DNA from: a bacterium
GTDB taxonomy: Bacteria; UBA8248
Direction: 5' to 3'
Assembly (NCBI GenBank): GCA_965242545.1
Contig: OZ251456.1
Span: 2,618,775 to 2,682,774 of the forward strand
Length of the DNA stretch: 64,000 bases
Made by a program: the position numbers and the translations under genes. The notes under the pieces were generated by a model that saw only the letters and a list, made by a program, of their open reading frames with translations, had not been told where the DNA came from and ran no database searches. Below are positions 48,520-58,317 of this stretch, piece after piece (positions within the stretch are counted from its first letter, which is position 1; every line of letters begins with the position of its first letter).

Positions 48520-49845
48520 CTAGCCGCGAAGAAGTTCGATCTGCCCCGGCTCCGGCAGATTCGCGTGCGGATCCTCGGGAATGACGGACGGGTCCCGATC
48601 CCGCGAGCAGATATCCAGCGCCGCCAGGGCGTAGACCCTCGTCGCGTTCACCAGCGTGCGGACGTTGATGTGCTCGCCCATGTCGGCGTTCCAGCCGTAG
48701 CTCGTCGTCGTCGTATGGCCCGCCGGCCCATACGTGATGGTCTGAATCCCGTAGCGGTTCATGTGGGCGCCGTCGAGATAGGAAGTCTTGACGATGACGT
48801 TGGGCTTCTCGCCCATGACCTCCTCGTGCGCCCGAATCATGGCTTCGGAGGGCAGGGAATCGACGGGGATGCCGGAGGGCGGATGCGAGCAGAACACCTC
48901 GACCCTGGCCCCGACGTCGGGATGCTCCCGGTTGACCCCCTCGATGACGCCCTTGAACTCCGCCTGCACGTCCTGGATCTTCTGGCCCGGCACCAGGCGA
49001 ACGTCCACGTAGAGGCGGCATTCCACGGGCGAGCGCGCGCAGCGGTAGGGCCATCCCCCTTCGATGGCGGCCACGTTGACGTGGGGACGCTCCCCCAGGA
49101 ATTCGTTGCGCGACCTGTATTCGGGAATCCATCTCCGGATGGCCGCCTGCACCCGCTCCATGCGCTCGATGGCGCTGGCCGTGTAGTCGCCGTAGCAGGT
49201 ATGGCCCATCAGTCCCCGCGTCGTGATCTTGAACCACGCGGTGCCCCCGTGCCAGGGGGCGACCTGCATCCCGGTCGGCTCGCCCAGGATGCAGAAATCC
49301 GTCAGATAGCCGTGCGAGATGAGGTGCCGGGTACCGACGCCGTAGCCGTCGTAGAGCGCGTCCTGATACTGATCGATCCGGTTCTTCTCGATCTCCCCCA
49401 CGACGGAGGCCAGAACGACGTCGCCCTTGAGGCTCGCGCCCGCGTCCGCGAGCGCCTTGACCGCGCCGAGGTAGGAGACGTCGGCGCTCTTCATGTTGAA
49501 CGCGCCGTTTCCGATGATCCATTCCCCGTCGAGAATCGCCTTGTTCTTGTAGCCCGGCTGGGTGAGCTCCGGCTCCTCGCCGGAATAGGAGGTATCCAGG
49601 TGGCCGTTGAACATCAGGGAATAGCCGCCGCCCGTCCCCGGCGAGACGCCGACCGCGTTGTAGCGGCCGTCCGCCACCTTTTGCAGATGCGCCTCAAGGC
49701 CCGCCTCCTCGTATTTCGCGCTCATGTAGCGGGCCGCCGCCTCCTCGGAGCCGGTGGGGCTGGGGATGTCCACGAGCTCCATCGTCGTCCTCACGAGGAA
49801 ATCCTCGTCCACCGCCTCGACCACCTTTTTCTGAAGCTCGTCCAT
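48520..49845 (-). CDS. M20 family peptidase/deacetylase (ArgE-like)
   Basis: IPSPTGSE, FNGHLDT, GAFNMK, LGEPT. Confidence 0.88.
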   Translation of the reverse strand: MDELQKKVVEAVDEDFLVRTTMELVDIPSPTGSEEAAARYMSAKYEEAGLEAHLQKVADGRYNAVGVSPGTGGGYSLMFNGHLDTSYSGEEPELTQPGYKNKAILDGEWIIGNGAFNMKSADVSYLGAVKALADAGASLKGDVVLASVVGEIEKNRIDQYQDALYDGYGVGTRHLISHGYLTDFCILGEPTGMQVAPWHGGTAWFKITTRGLMGHTCYGDYTASAIERMERVQAAIRRWIPEYRSRNEFLGERPHVNVAAIEGGWPYRCARSPVECRLYVDVRLVPGQKIQDVQAEFKGVIEGVNREHPDVGARVEVFCSHPPSGIPVDSLPSEAMIRAHEEVMGEKPNVIVKTSYLDGAHMNRYGIQTITYGPAGHTTTTSYGWNADMGEHINVRTLVNATRVYALAALDICSRDRDPSVIPEDPHANLPEPGQIELLRG

Positions 49846-49970
49846 CTTTTCCGATGCTCCTCCGCTCGCCCGACGCACGCGCGTCCTTCCGCCCCCGGGA
49901 GGGCCGAGCCGCCTCCCCGGGGGCGTCGATGACACGACGAAAAACCTGCTCGGAAATCGCCCGCCCCGCC

Positions 49971-50966
49971 CTACTTCATCAGCGCGAAGTAGGCGTTCTC
50001 CACCAGCATGGTGTCGATGTGCTTCGTGACGTCGATGCGCTTGGGCAGCTTGCCCTTCTTCACGCTCACCTCAACGCCGTCCTGCACCTCCTTGATGTCG
50101 CGGTGCGTGATCATCGCGCGATCCCAGCGCATGAACCGATACAGGTTGTTCTTCACCTTCTCCACGCTGAAGTCGAAGCCCTGGCTGTTCCAGAACTCCC
50201 GCATCAGCTTCGCGGACTCGTCCCGGCGGCGGTTCAGAAAGCGCATCGCGCGGACGTGGGCGTTCATGAAGCGCTGCGCGCCGTCGGGGTTCTTCTTCCT
50301 GATGTAGGACCACGAGCTCGTGAGGAACACCGGCGAGGTGTAGCCCAGCATGTCGTCGTAGTCCTTGGGGCCCATCACCATCCGGCCGAGCCCCTTGTCA
50401 ACGATGATCGAACCCCACGGCTCCCACGTCAGCCCCGCGTCCAGCGCGCCCCGCTCGAAGGCGGCGGGCAGCGAGCCGGTCTTCGTGTTGCGAATCTTGA
50501 AGTCCTTGTCCGAGAGGCCGATGCGCGAGAGATACGTCATCCAGGTGGCCCAGGTGCCCGTGCCCATCTGCGCGCCCACGGTCTTGCCCTTGAGGTCTTT
50601 CACCGACTTGGTGGTCTTGTCCTTCACGGGCACCAGCACCATGTTCTGGTTTCCGTAGCGGTTCAGGGCGATGCCCACCACGTCCAGCCCGCGCGCCGCG
50701 ATTTGACCCACGCGCGACCCCCGCGTGCTGATGATGTCGGCGGTGCCGCCGATCAGGGCGTCGATCAGGGCGCGGGGGCTCGTGACCCGGCGCTTCACCT
50801 CGACGCCCTCCGCCTTGTAGAAGCCCTTCTTCTCCGCGATGTAGGGGATGGCCGCGTGCGAGGTGTTGTCGTGAATCAGGCGAACGACGCCCTTCGCGGC
50901 CAGCGCGCTCGAGACCACGCCGAGGACTGCGACTGCCGTGATCAGAACCAGGCTGAGCTTTTTCAT
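49971..50966 (-). CDS. ABC transporter substrate-binding protein (SsuA/TauA-like)
   Basis: Signal peptide MKKLSLVL, IAEKKGFY, DLKGKTVG, TWEPW. Confidence 0.9.
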   Translation of the reverse strand: MKKLSLVLITAVAVLGVVSSALAAKGVVRLIHDNTSHAAIPYIAEKKGFYKAEGVEVKRRVTSPRALIDALIGGTADIISTRGSRVGQIAARGLDVVGIALNRYGNQNMVLVPVKDKTTKSVKDLKGKTVGAQMGTGTWATWMTYLSRIGLSDKDFKIRNTKTGSLPAAFERGALDAGLTWEPWGSIIVDKGLGRMVMGPKDYDDMLGYTSPVFLTSSWSYIRKKNPDGAQRFMNAHVRAMRFLNRRRDESAKLMREFWNSQGFDFSVEKVKNNLYRFMRWDRAMITHRDIKEVQDGVEVSVKKGKLPKRIDVTKHIDTMLVENAYFALMK

Positions 50967-51043
50967 TTTATCCTCCTTCACGATTGAGGCACCATGCCTC
51001 CACGCCAAACCGGATAAAACAACCGAGCCGGCGAAAGACCCGC

Positions 51044-51394
51044 CTACTCTCTCGCCGGGTGAAATATCGCCAGCAGTCTGACGTCCTTCTCGCCCCCCGT
51101 CATGCTCCGGTGCCTCGTCTTCCGGGGGAGAAAAACGCAGTCTCCCGCCCGAAACGCGATGCTCCGATCCTCCAGTTCGTATCGGCCCTCGCCCTCGACG
51201 ACGTAGATGAGCTCGTCCTCTTCGTGATCGTGCCATTCGTGCGTCTCGCCCGGCCGAAAGACCGTCAGCCACGCATCGACGTTCCAGCCGTGATCCTCCC
51301 TCGAGGTCACCCGCCATGCGTGAGCGCCGCCGTCGAGCGTCTTGCGCTTGAGGGCGCCGGGGGGTCTGATGAGGCAAGCCTCGCGTTCGCTCAA
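51044..51394 (-). CDS. Cupin domain protein
   Basis: WHDH..DELIYVVEG, GDCVFLP..TRH. Confidence 0.85.
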   Translation of the reverse strand: MSEREACLIRPPGALKRKTLDGGAHAWRVTSREDHGWNVDAWLTVFRPGETHEWHDHEEDELIYVVEGEGRYELEDRSIAFRAGDCVFLPRKTRHRSMTGGEKDVRLLAIFHPARE

Positions 51395-51554
51395 TCGCCC
51401 GCCTCCCGAGCCGCCGACACTCCATGCGCGGCAAAAGCCGCCCATGGGTATTTTCCGGTGATATGCGGATACCCTATCACCCTTCCCGAAAATGTCAATC
51501 GGGCGAAACGGAGGCGGGGAGAGCGGGACGCGCGCGGACGCGGCTCCCCTCTCG

Positions 51555-53036
51555 TCAGGTCTTCGCCGCGCGCCTGCGGCGGAATACGCCGTCGTAGAGC
51601 GTGAACAGGGAGACGCAGAGCAGCAGGGTTCCGACGGGGCTGGAGAGGAAATGCCAGAGCGGCTTGTTCTCGAAGGTGATGAGGGCGCGGCGCAGGTTCT
51701 CGTCCGCCAGGGAGCCCAGGATGACGGCCAGAACCATGGGCGCCAGCGGAAGGCCGAGACTCCTCAGAACGTAGCCGACGAACCCCGAGGCCAGCATGAC
51801 GTAGACGTCGAACATGCTCAGACGCACCGCGTACGCCCCCAGGACGCAGATGGGGATGATGACGGGCATCAGCAGGGTGCGGGGCAGGCTGTAGAGCTTC
51901 ACCGCAGGCTTCACCAGCAGAAGGCCGAACGCGTACATCAGGAAGTTGGCCACGATGAGCGCGCCGTAGATGAAATAGACCAGGCCGGGATTTTCGATGT
52001 TGATGGTGGGGCCCATCACCACGTGCTTGAGCTCCAGGGCGGCCATGAAGGCGGCGGCGGGCGGGCTGCCCGGAATCCCCAGGGTCAGCGTGGGCAGAAT
52101 GGTGCCGCCGATGCAGGCGTTGTTGGCCACCTCGCCGCAGACGATGCCCTCGTAGCTCCCCTTGCCGAACTTCTCGCGCTCCTCGGGCTTCGCCCGGCGC
52201 TTTCCCACGTCGTAGGCGACGAAGGCGGCGATGTTTCCGCCCGCCCCGGGAATGGCCCCGATCACCGTGCCGATGACGCCCGATCGCACGGAGGAGCGGA
52301 CGTATCGCCACAGCATGGAGAAGGGAGGCACCACCCGGCCCACCTTCTCCGGCATCACGGGCGGCTCCTTCTGGGGAAGCACCCAGAGCACCTCGGTGAG
52401 GCCGAAAAAGCCGATGATCACCGGAATGTAGCTGACGCCGTCCTCCAGCAGCACGCTCCCGAAGGTGAACCGCGGAACGCCGTAGATGTTGTCGAGTCCG
52501 ACGTAGGCGACGAGAAGCCCCAGCCAGCCCGATATCCAGCCCTTGATGGGCGACTCTCCCGAGGTGAGCGTTCCGCAGATGGCGATGCCCCACAGCGCGA
52601 GGAGAAACATCTCCCAGGAGCGGAACTGGAGGGCGATCAGGAGAACGAGGGGAATGAACGCCACCAGCAGCAGGATGCCCACCCAGTTTCCGAGAAAGGA
52701 CGCCGCCAGCGCCGTGCCGAGCGCCAGCCCGCCCTCCCCTCTTCGGGCCAGGGGGTGGCCCTCGATCATGGTGGGAACGGCGGCGGGCGTGCCCGGGATG
52801 TTCATCAGCACCGCGGTGATCGAGCCGCCGAAGACGCTCGCCGTATAGACGCCCAGCAGAAACATGATCGCCACGTCCTGGCTCATCTGGGTGGAGAGGC
52901 CGATGAGGAGCACCATGGACATGGTCGTCGAGATTCCCGGCATCGAGCCCCAGAGCAGCCCCAGCATGGTGCCCAGGATGCAGACGAACACCAGATACGG
53001 GTTCAGGGCGTGGATGACCTGCTCCAGGAAGAACAC
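51555..53036 (-). CDS. tctA: Tripartite tricarboxylate transporter permease TctA
   Basis: NIPGTP, GAIPGAG, EVANNA, PTLTLGIPGS; probable GTG start. Confidence 0.92.
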   Translation of the reverse strand: MFFLEQVIHALNPYLVFVCILGTMLGLLWGSMPGISTTMSMVLLIGLSTQMSQDVAIMFLLGVYTASVFGGSITAVLMNIPGTPAAVPTMIEGHPLARRGEGGLALGTALAASFLGNWVGILLLVAFIPLVLLIALQFRSWEMFLLALWGIAICGTLTSGESPIKGWISGWLGLLVAYVGLDNIYGVPRFTFGSVLLEDGVSYIPVIIGFFGLTEVLWVLPQKEPPVMPEKVGRVVPPFSMLWRYVRSSVRSGVIGTVIGAIPGAGGNIAAFVAYDVGKRRAKPEEREKFGKGSYEGIVCGEVANNACIGGTILPTLTLGIPGSPPAAAFMAALELKHVVMGPTINIENPGLVYFIYGALIVANFLMYAFGLLLVKPAVKLYSLPRTLLMPVIIPICVLGAYAVRLSMFDVYVMLASGFVGYVLRSLGLPLAPMVLAVILGSLADENLRRALITFENKPLWHFLSSPVGTLLLCVSLFTLYDGVFRRRRAAKT

Positions 53037-53038
53037 GG

Positions 53039-53671
53039 CTATCCCGACCCCGGCAGGGGAATTCCGAAGCCGTAGCGAAACGCGGCGGCCAGAATCATCG
53101 TCGAGACCAGCGAAACGACGAAGCACCGCAGAAAGGGCTTCGGCCAGAAAATCCGGAGCACGACCGCCAGCGCGGGAATGGTAACCGCCTCGAAGCTGCT
53201 GAAGCCGACCCGCCAGCCCGCGATTCCCAGCGGAACGGCGACCTCGAAGGTGACCCAGTCGATGAGGAGCGCGTAGAGGAGCACCACCCCCATCAGGATG
53301 ATCGCCCACTGGTTCTCATAATCGGCGAAATAGCGGCGAACCCGCGCGCCGGGAGCCAAGCGCGCCCCTTTCCAGGCGCCTCTTCTGAGGGCGCCCGCCC
53401 CGAGGCCGATGGTCATGACGAGCAGGCTGAGGCCGGTCAGAAAAGGCATGAAGCCCGGCGCGGTGAAGAAGCTCTCCCCGGGATTCGGCATGAGGAGCGC
53501 CAGCAGGATGGCGAAAACCGCGAGGACGCCGACGCAGGCGGCCGCCGCCAGGTCCTTCCCCGGGGAGGCGTTTCCGGGCGACTCCTCGGAGAGAAAGGCC
53601 GACGCGCCCGCCTCCTCCGGCTCATCGGCGGCCCCGCGAGCCTCTCGTTCGTCGTCGTTCAGGGAAACCAT
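53039..53671 (-). CDS. TctB-like membrane protein
   Basis: APGFMP, multiple TM helices, FGIPLP C-terminus; between tctC and tctA. Confidence 0.75.
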   Translation of the reverse strand: MVSLNDDEREARGAADEPEEAGASAFLSEESPGNASPGKDLAAAACVGVLAVFAILLALLMPNPGESFFTAPGFMPFLTGLSLLVMTIGLGAGALRRGAWKGARLAPGARVRRYFADYENQWAIILMGVVLLYALLIDWVTFEVAVPLGIAGWRVGFSSFEAVTIPALAVVLRIFWPKPFLRCFVVSLVSTMILAAAFRYGFGIPLPGSG

Positions 53672-53771
53672 GCGGCTCTCCCGGCGCGTCGCGGGACGGA
53701 GAAAACGGCCTCCCCGGACGAGCCGCCTCGTCCGTCGGGCGGTTCGTCCGGGGGGCGGCGCTGGAAGCCCG

Positions 53772-54911
53772 CTAGCTCATGCGGGGCTTGTATCCCTTGG
53801 GCGGCCACCAAGCGTCGAAATTCTTCGGGTCGGGAAGGCCGAGCTCCTTGGGCCCGCGCACCTTCTTGCCGATGTGCTTCTGGAGCCGCAGCAGTGTCTT
53901 GGCGCTCAGGCACTCCAGCAGGGCGGCGCGGCGATCCGCGTCCGCGCCCACGCGGATGTCGCTCTGGAAATACTTGCGCTTCGCGATCTTCCCGAAGGCC
54001 TCGGATTTCGCCGCGGCGATCCACGCCGGCTTGATCTTCTCGAGGACCTCGGCGGGCGTCGCCCGCTCGACGCCGATGCTGTAGGTTCCGCCCATGGGCA
54101 GCAGGCCCTTGAGCGCGGGCAGGAAGTTGCCCACGCTGAGCGCCTTTCCGTAGCCCGGAATGTCCAGATCCTTCGGACCCGTGTGCATGAGGTTGCGAAG
54201 CTTGCCCGCCCGCAGAAACTCAACGTGCTCATGGACGCCGCCGCCGGCGATGTCCACCTCGCCCTGAAGCCCCGCGACGGTGGCGGGCTTTCCGCCCTTG
54301 TAGGGGACGAACCGCAGCTCGACGCCCGCGGCGTCCGCGACGATGGCGCCCACCTCGTGCCAGATGCTGCCCACCCCCGAAGTGGAGATGGTGAGCTTGC
54401 CGGAGCGCTTTTTGGCCGCGGCGACCGCGTCGCCGAAGGTCTTGAAGGGCGAGTCGGGCCGGACCGACCAGCTCGCCAGCGAGGTGGCCGCGCCGAAGTG
54501 CTGCCAGTCCTCCCACGCCGCGGAATCCACGTAGCCCATCGGACGGACGAACTTGTTGTAGTTCGCCGCGCCCAGCCACGTGTAGCCGTCCGCCGCCTTG
54601 TTGAGCACGTAGCGGGTCGCCACCCCGCCGGAGGAGCCGGGGCGGTTGATGACGTTGACGCGCCAGCCGGTCGTCCGGGCCATCTCCCCCACCAGGGTGC
54701 GGATGACGGTGTCGGTGCCGCCGCCCGCCGCGTACATGACGACCGTGGTGATGGGGCGCGCGGGCCAGCTCGCCGCGTCCGCCTCGCGCGCCGCGAACGC
54801 CGCAGGCGCCGCCGCCGCCGCGCCGAGAGCCTGGATGAAGCTCCTGCGCGTGAGGCCGGATGATTCGGGAACGATGATGCCGGGATGCTCCTGAGGCTTC
54901 TTCCTGGACAT
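53772..54911 (-). CDS. tctC: TctC/Bug substrate-binding protein with Tat signal
   Basis: TRRSFIQ twin-arginine motif, AGGGTD, DGYT, VPYKGG. Confidence 0.9.
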   Translation of the reverse strand: MSRKKPQEHPGIIVPESSGLTRRSFIQALGAAAAAPAAFAAREADAASWPARPITTVVMYAAGGGTDTVIRTLVGEMARTTGWRVNVINRPGSSGGVATRYVLNKAADGYTWLGAANYNKFVRPMGYVDSAAWEDWQHFGAATSLASWSVRPDSPFKTFGDAVAAAKKRSGKLTISTSGVGSIWHEVGAIVADAAGVELRFVPYKGGKPATVAGLQGEVDIAGGGVHEHVEFLRAGKLRNLMHTGPKDLDIPGYGKALSVGNFLPALKGLLPMGGTYSIGVERATPAEVLEKIKPAWIAAAKSEAFGKIAKRKYFQSDIRVGADADRRAALLECLSAKTLLRLQKHIGKKVRGPKELGLPDPKNFDAWWPPKGYKPRMS

Positions 54912-55146
54912 GGCGCTCTCCTCTCCTGTTAATGAAACGAAGCGACCGCCCGGGGCAAAGCGGCGGCCGACCACAGCCCCTCCTGACGCGCGATCCATCC
55001 GGCGCCTCTTCCATTCCGTTGTCCGACTTGGGCCTGATTCTAGCACGAAAGGCGCGCGACATGCCAAGCGCCGGCGGGAGGGGGGGATGAGGGCCTGAAA
55101 ACGAAAGAACGGGAAGGTCTTGAGCCAGCGGATGCCGCAAAAAAAC

Positions 55147-55176
55147 TGGACGCATGGGGGAGCGGCGGCGTATAAT
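55147..55176 (+). promoter_or_regulatory. Sigma70-like promoter
   Basis: TGGACG-N18-TATAAT upstream of the low-GC two-gene cassette. Confidence 0.5.
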
Positions 55177-55233
55177 GAACGTCCTTCAGGCGGCAATGCT
55201 TCCCATGACCTTGGAAAGCGAGGCGGGCGCGAA

Positions 55234-55476
55234 ATGGGATGGTGTTACTATCGCAGTTCCACGAAAACAGCGAACGAGAAGCGTCAGGTGGAATCATGCG
55301 AGGGAGAAGAATACCCCATCAAAATAAGAGGAAGGAGAAGAGCGTATTATCTCAACCTCGTCAAAGCGAAAAATGACAGAAGGCCGCTTACCCCCGATAT
55401 GGGAACTGTTATACGCAGCACATTGGGAGTGAGATCCTGGAAGAACTACAGAAAAACACGATGGAAAACGAAGTGA
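55234..55476 (+). CDS. Small basic hypothetical protein (80 aa)
   Basis: ATG after GAGG, downstream of a promoter; K/R-rich, ends RSWKNYRKTRWKTK. Confidence 0.55.
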   Translation: MGWCYYRSSTKTANEKRQVESCEGEEYPIKIRGRRRAYYLNLVKAKNDRRPLTPDMGTVIRSTLGVRSWKNYRKTRWKTK

Positions 55477-55548
55477 CAAAAATCGGTCGATAGCGGATTC
55501 AGGCATATCATTCCCGATATATCCCCGGGCGGAGCCAGAGAGGATCTG

Positions 55549-56616
55549 ATGACCATCTTCCGAATCGCTGGCGATAAAATCGCTCCAATAGAAACAACGA
55601 CCTTTCGAGAAGCGGAGGTAAGGGAACGACGGGATCTCCAAAGAATGCTGAAAACCGATATTAGCGTCATCTCGGGAGGCTCTCCCGATAACATCTCAGG
55701 AGACTCTCCCGATAACGAGATTCTCGTGGTCGCCGAGGAGTTCAGCCACTGGGAGGACAGCGACCTCCGCATTGACCTGCTGGGCATAGACAAAAAAGCC
55801 AATCTCGTCGTCATCGAGCTCAAGCGCACCGAAGACGGCGGGCACATGGACCTTCAGGCGATCCGATACGCCGCGATGATCTCCGAGCTGACCTTTGATG
55901 ATCTGGTGACAGCCCATTCAAAATATCTTGCCAAAAGCGAGTCTGATAAAGACGCCAAAAACGAATTGCTGAAATTTCTGGAGAAAGAACCTTCTGAAGA
56001 TCGTTTCGGGCAGGAAGTGAAAATCATCCTCGTCTCCGCCGGTTTTTCCAAGGAACTCACGACCTCCGTCCTGTGGCTGAACGATTCCGGCCTGGACATT
56101 CGGTGCGTTCGCATACAGCCCTATGACCACGGCGACGAAATACTCTTGGACATTCAGACGATTATACCGCTACCGGAAACCGCCGAGTACAAGGTGAAAA
56201 AAAAGAAGAAAGAACAAGAAGAACGGAAATCAAGAAGCAGCGCCAAGGATTACACGAAATACAACGTGAGCGTGGCGGACATTGTTCGTGAAACAGGACT
56301 AAACAAGCGGAAGGCGATGTTCCATCTCGTATCCGGCGTGTTAGAAAGCGGCGGGACGCCGGAGCGCATAGAAGAGATAACAAGAAAAAGATTATTTCAA
56401 ACCTTCGATGGAGAGCTTGATACACAACAGATTCAGGTAAAGGCGCAGTTGAAAGAATTTTCTGACGATCTTTACTTCATGGACAAGATTTTCCACAGCG
56501 AAGGAAAAACATACCTTTTGAGCAATAACTGGCGGGGGAATGAGCCGGAAGACGCCGCTGACGCTATCAAGAACGAATTTCCAAATCTCGAAATCAAATT
56601 CGAGCGCGCCGACTGA
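55549..56616 (+). CDS. NucS/DUF91-like PD-(D/E)xK endonuclease domain protein
   Basis: ERRDLQ..., RIDLLGID..LVVIELKR, QAIRYA; lower GC. Confidence 0.8.
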   Translation: MTIFRIAGDKIAPIETTTFREAEVRERRDLQRMLKTDISVISGGSPDNISGDSPDNEILVVAEEFSHWEDSDLRIDLLGIDKKANLVVIELKRTEDGGHMDLQAIRYAAMISELTFDDLVTAHSKYLAKSESDKDAKNELLKFLEKEPSEDRFGQEVKIILVSAGFSKELTTSVLWLNDSGLDIRCVRIQPYDHGDEILLDIQTIIPLPETAEYKVKKKKKEQEERKSRSSAKDYTKYNVSVADIVRETGLNKRKAMFHLVSGVLESGGTPERIEEITRKRLFQTFDGELDTQQIQVKAQLKEFSDDLYFMDKIFHSEGKTYLLSNNWRGNEPEDAADAIKNEFPNLEIKFERAD

Positions 56617-56765
56617 CTCCCGATCCTTCCCTGGAAAGCAGATAGGCATCCATATTCTCCCCCGCCTCATCCTTTTTCAGCGCGCGCCCTCTCCCCCCGG
56701 CTGTGATATGATGCCGGGATGCCGAAGATGAACCACCACCAACCCATCGAGAGGGAGCGCGAGCC

Positions 56766-57794
56766 ATGAAGCTGGGGGTATTGACCGGGGGCGGCGACTG
56801 CCCCGGCCTGAACGCGGTCATCCGCGCGGTGACGGCCTCGAATTTCCATCGCGGCAGCACGACGCTGGGCGTGCGCCGGGGGTGGCGCGGCCTGGTGAAC
56901 GCGGATTTCGTCGAGATCACGGGCCCGATGATCTCCGGCATCCTCGACCAGGGCGGCACCATCCTGGGCTCCTCCCGGACGAACCCGATGAAGGACCCGG
57001 CCATGCTCGACAAGCTCCGGGAGAACTGGCGCGCCTCGCGCATCGACGGCCTCGTCGCCATCGGAGGGGACGACACGCTGAGCGTCGCCGCCTTCCTGAA
57101 CGGGGAGGGCTTCAACGTCATCAGCGTGCCCAAAACCATCGACAACGACATCGGCATGACGGACTACTCCTTCGGCTTCCACACCGCCGTCGGCGTCATC
57201 ACCGACGCCATTGACAGGCTGCGCACCACGGCCGAGGCGCACGATCGCGTCATCATCCTGGAGGTCATGGGGCGCCAGTCGGGCTGGCTCGCCACCTACG
57301 CGGGAATCGCCGGCGGCGCCGACCTCATTCTCGTGCCCGAGCGCCCCTTCGACCTTGACGAGGTGATCGACGTCCTCAAGGCGCGCTTCGCGCGCGGGCG
57401 CAACTTCGCCAACGTCGTCGTGGCCGAGGGCGCGAAGCCCAAGGGCATGGAAGACTACGTCACGCGCAGCCAGGCGCAGGACGAGTTCGGACACGCGCAG
57501 CTCGGCGGCATCGGCGAATACCTCGCCAAGGAAGTCGGGGACAAAATGAGCGTGGACACGCGCGCCGTCATCCTGGGACACATCCAGCGCGGCGGCTCGC
57601 CCGTTCCCTACGACAGGGTGCTGGCGACCCGCCTGGGCGTGCGGGCGAGCGAATTCGCTCACGAGGGAACCTGGGGCGTCATGACCGCGCTTCAGGGGCG
57701 CGACATCAACCCGGTTCCGCTGGACGAGGTTTTCGGGAAAGTGAACGAGCTGCGCGAGGACTTCTTCGACGCCGCCGAGCTCTTTTTCGGATGA
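56766..57794 (+). CDS. pfkA: 6-phosphofructokinase (PfkA family, probably PPi-utilising)
   Basis: TGGGDCPGLNA, GGDDT, PKTIDND, EVMGR, GHIQRGG. Confidence 0.93.
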   Translation: MKLGVLTGGGDCPGLNAVIRAVTASNFHRGSTTLGVRRGWRGLVNADFVEITGPMISGILDQGGTILGSSRTNPMKDPAMLDKLRENWRASRIDGLVAIGGDDTLSVAAFLNGEGFNVISVPKTIDNDIGMTDYSFGFHTAVGVITDAIDRLRTTAEAHDRVIILEVMGRQSGWLATYAGIAGGADLILVPERPFDLDEVIDVLKARFARGRNFANVVVAEGAKPKGMEDYVTRSQAQDEFGHAQLGGIGEYLAKEVGDKMSVDTRAVILGHIQRGGSPVPYDRVLATRLGVRASEFAHEGTWGVMTALQGRDINPVPLDEVFGKVNELREDFFDAAELFFG

Positions 57795-57845
57795 TTTCCC
57801 TCGCGCGATTCGCGGGAAAGCGGCCGCGGACGGCCGAGGATTCGC

Positions 57846-57938
57846 TGGCGGAGAGGGAGGGATTCGAACCCTCGAGGCGCCTTGTGAGCGCCTATACGAT
57901 TTCCAGTCGTACTCCTTCGGCCTCTCGGACACCTCTCC
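57846..57938 (-). tRNA. tRNA-Ser (anticodon GGA)
   Basis: Minus strand GGAGAGG...CTGGAAA loop, long variable arm, GTTCGAATC, CCA. Confidence 0.96.
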
Positions 57939-58075
57939 AGGGCGCGCGGCCGCTCCGGCGCGTGAGAACCTCCCCGGCCGCGCGGGAATTCGTATATCAC
58001 GGACGGCGCGGAGCCGCCAGACGTTCTCTCCCGTTTCCCCTTGACTTTTCCTCCCGCTTCCTTCATGATGCGAGG

Positions 58076-58243
58076 CACGTCGGAAAGGAGGTGATCCCAA
58101 TATGAAAACAGACTGTAGGGACGAGGTGGCCGGCGCCTAGGGGAGAGAGCCGCGGGGAGATTCCCGGGTTCATCTTCGCCCAGGCGAATCCCCACCAGGT
58201 CACCGAAAAGCGAAAACCCCGGTCCGCAAGGGCCGGGGTTTTT
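58076..58243 (+). ncRNA. Candidate small RNA / small-peptide transcript with 16S-tail-complementary motif
   Basis: Promoter TTGACT-N17-CATGAT (58041-58069); AAAGGAGGTGATCC at 58084-58097; ORF 58102-58140 MKTDCRDEVAGA; terminator. Confidence 0.55.
58213..58243 (+). terminator. Intrinsic terminator
   Basis: AAAACCCCGGTC-CGCAAG-GGCCGGGGTTTTT. Confidence 0.8.
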
Positions 58244-58317
58244 CGCGCCTCCCGACGCGGGAAGCCGCCCTTTTCGCGGCATTCGGATGGACGCCTTTTC
58301 AAGAACAGGAGCGCGCC

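Noticed and set aside
47615-49522. Long N-terminal extension of the 907-aa ABC ATPase ORF
   Set aside because: Out-of-frame overlap with the permease and M20 genes; the real gene starts near 47614.
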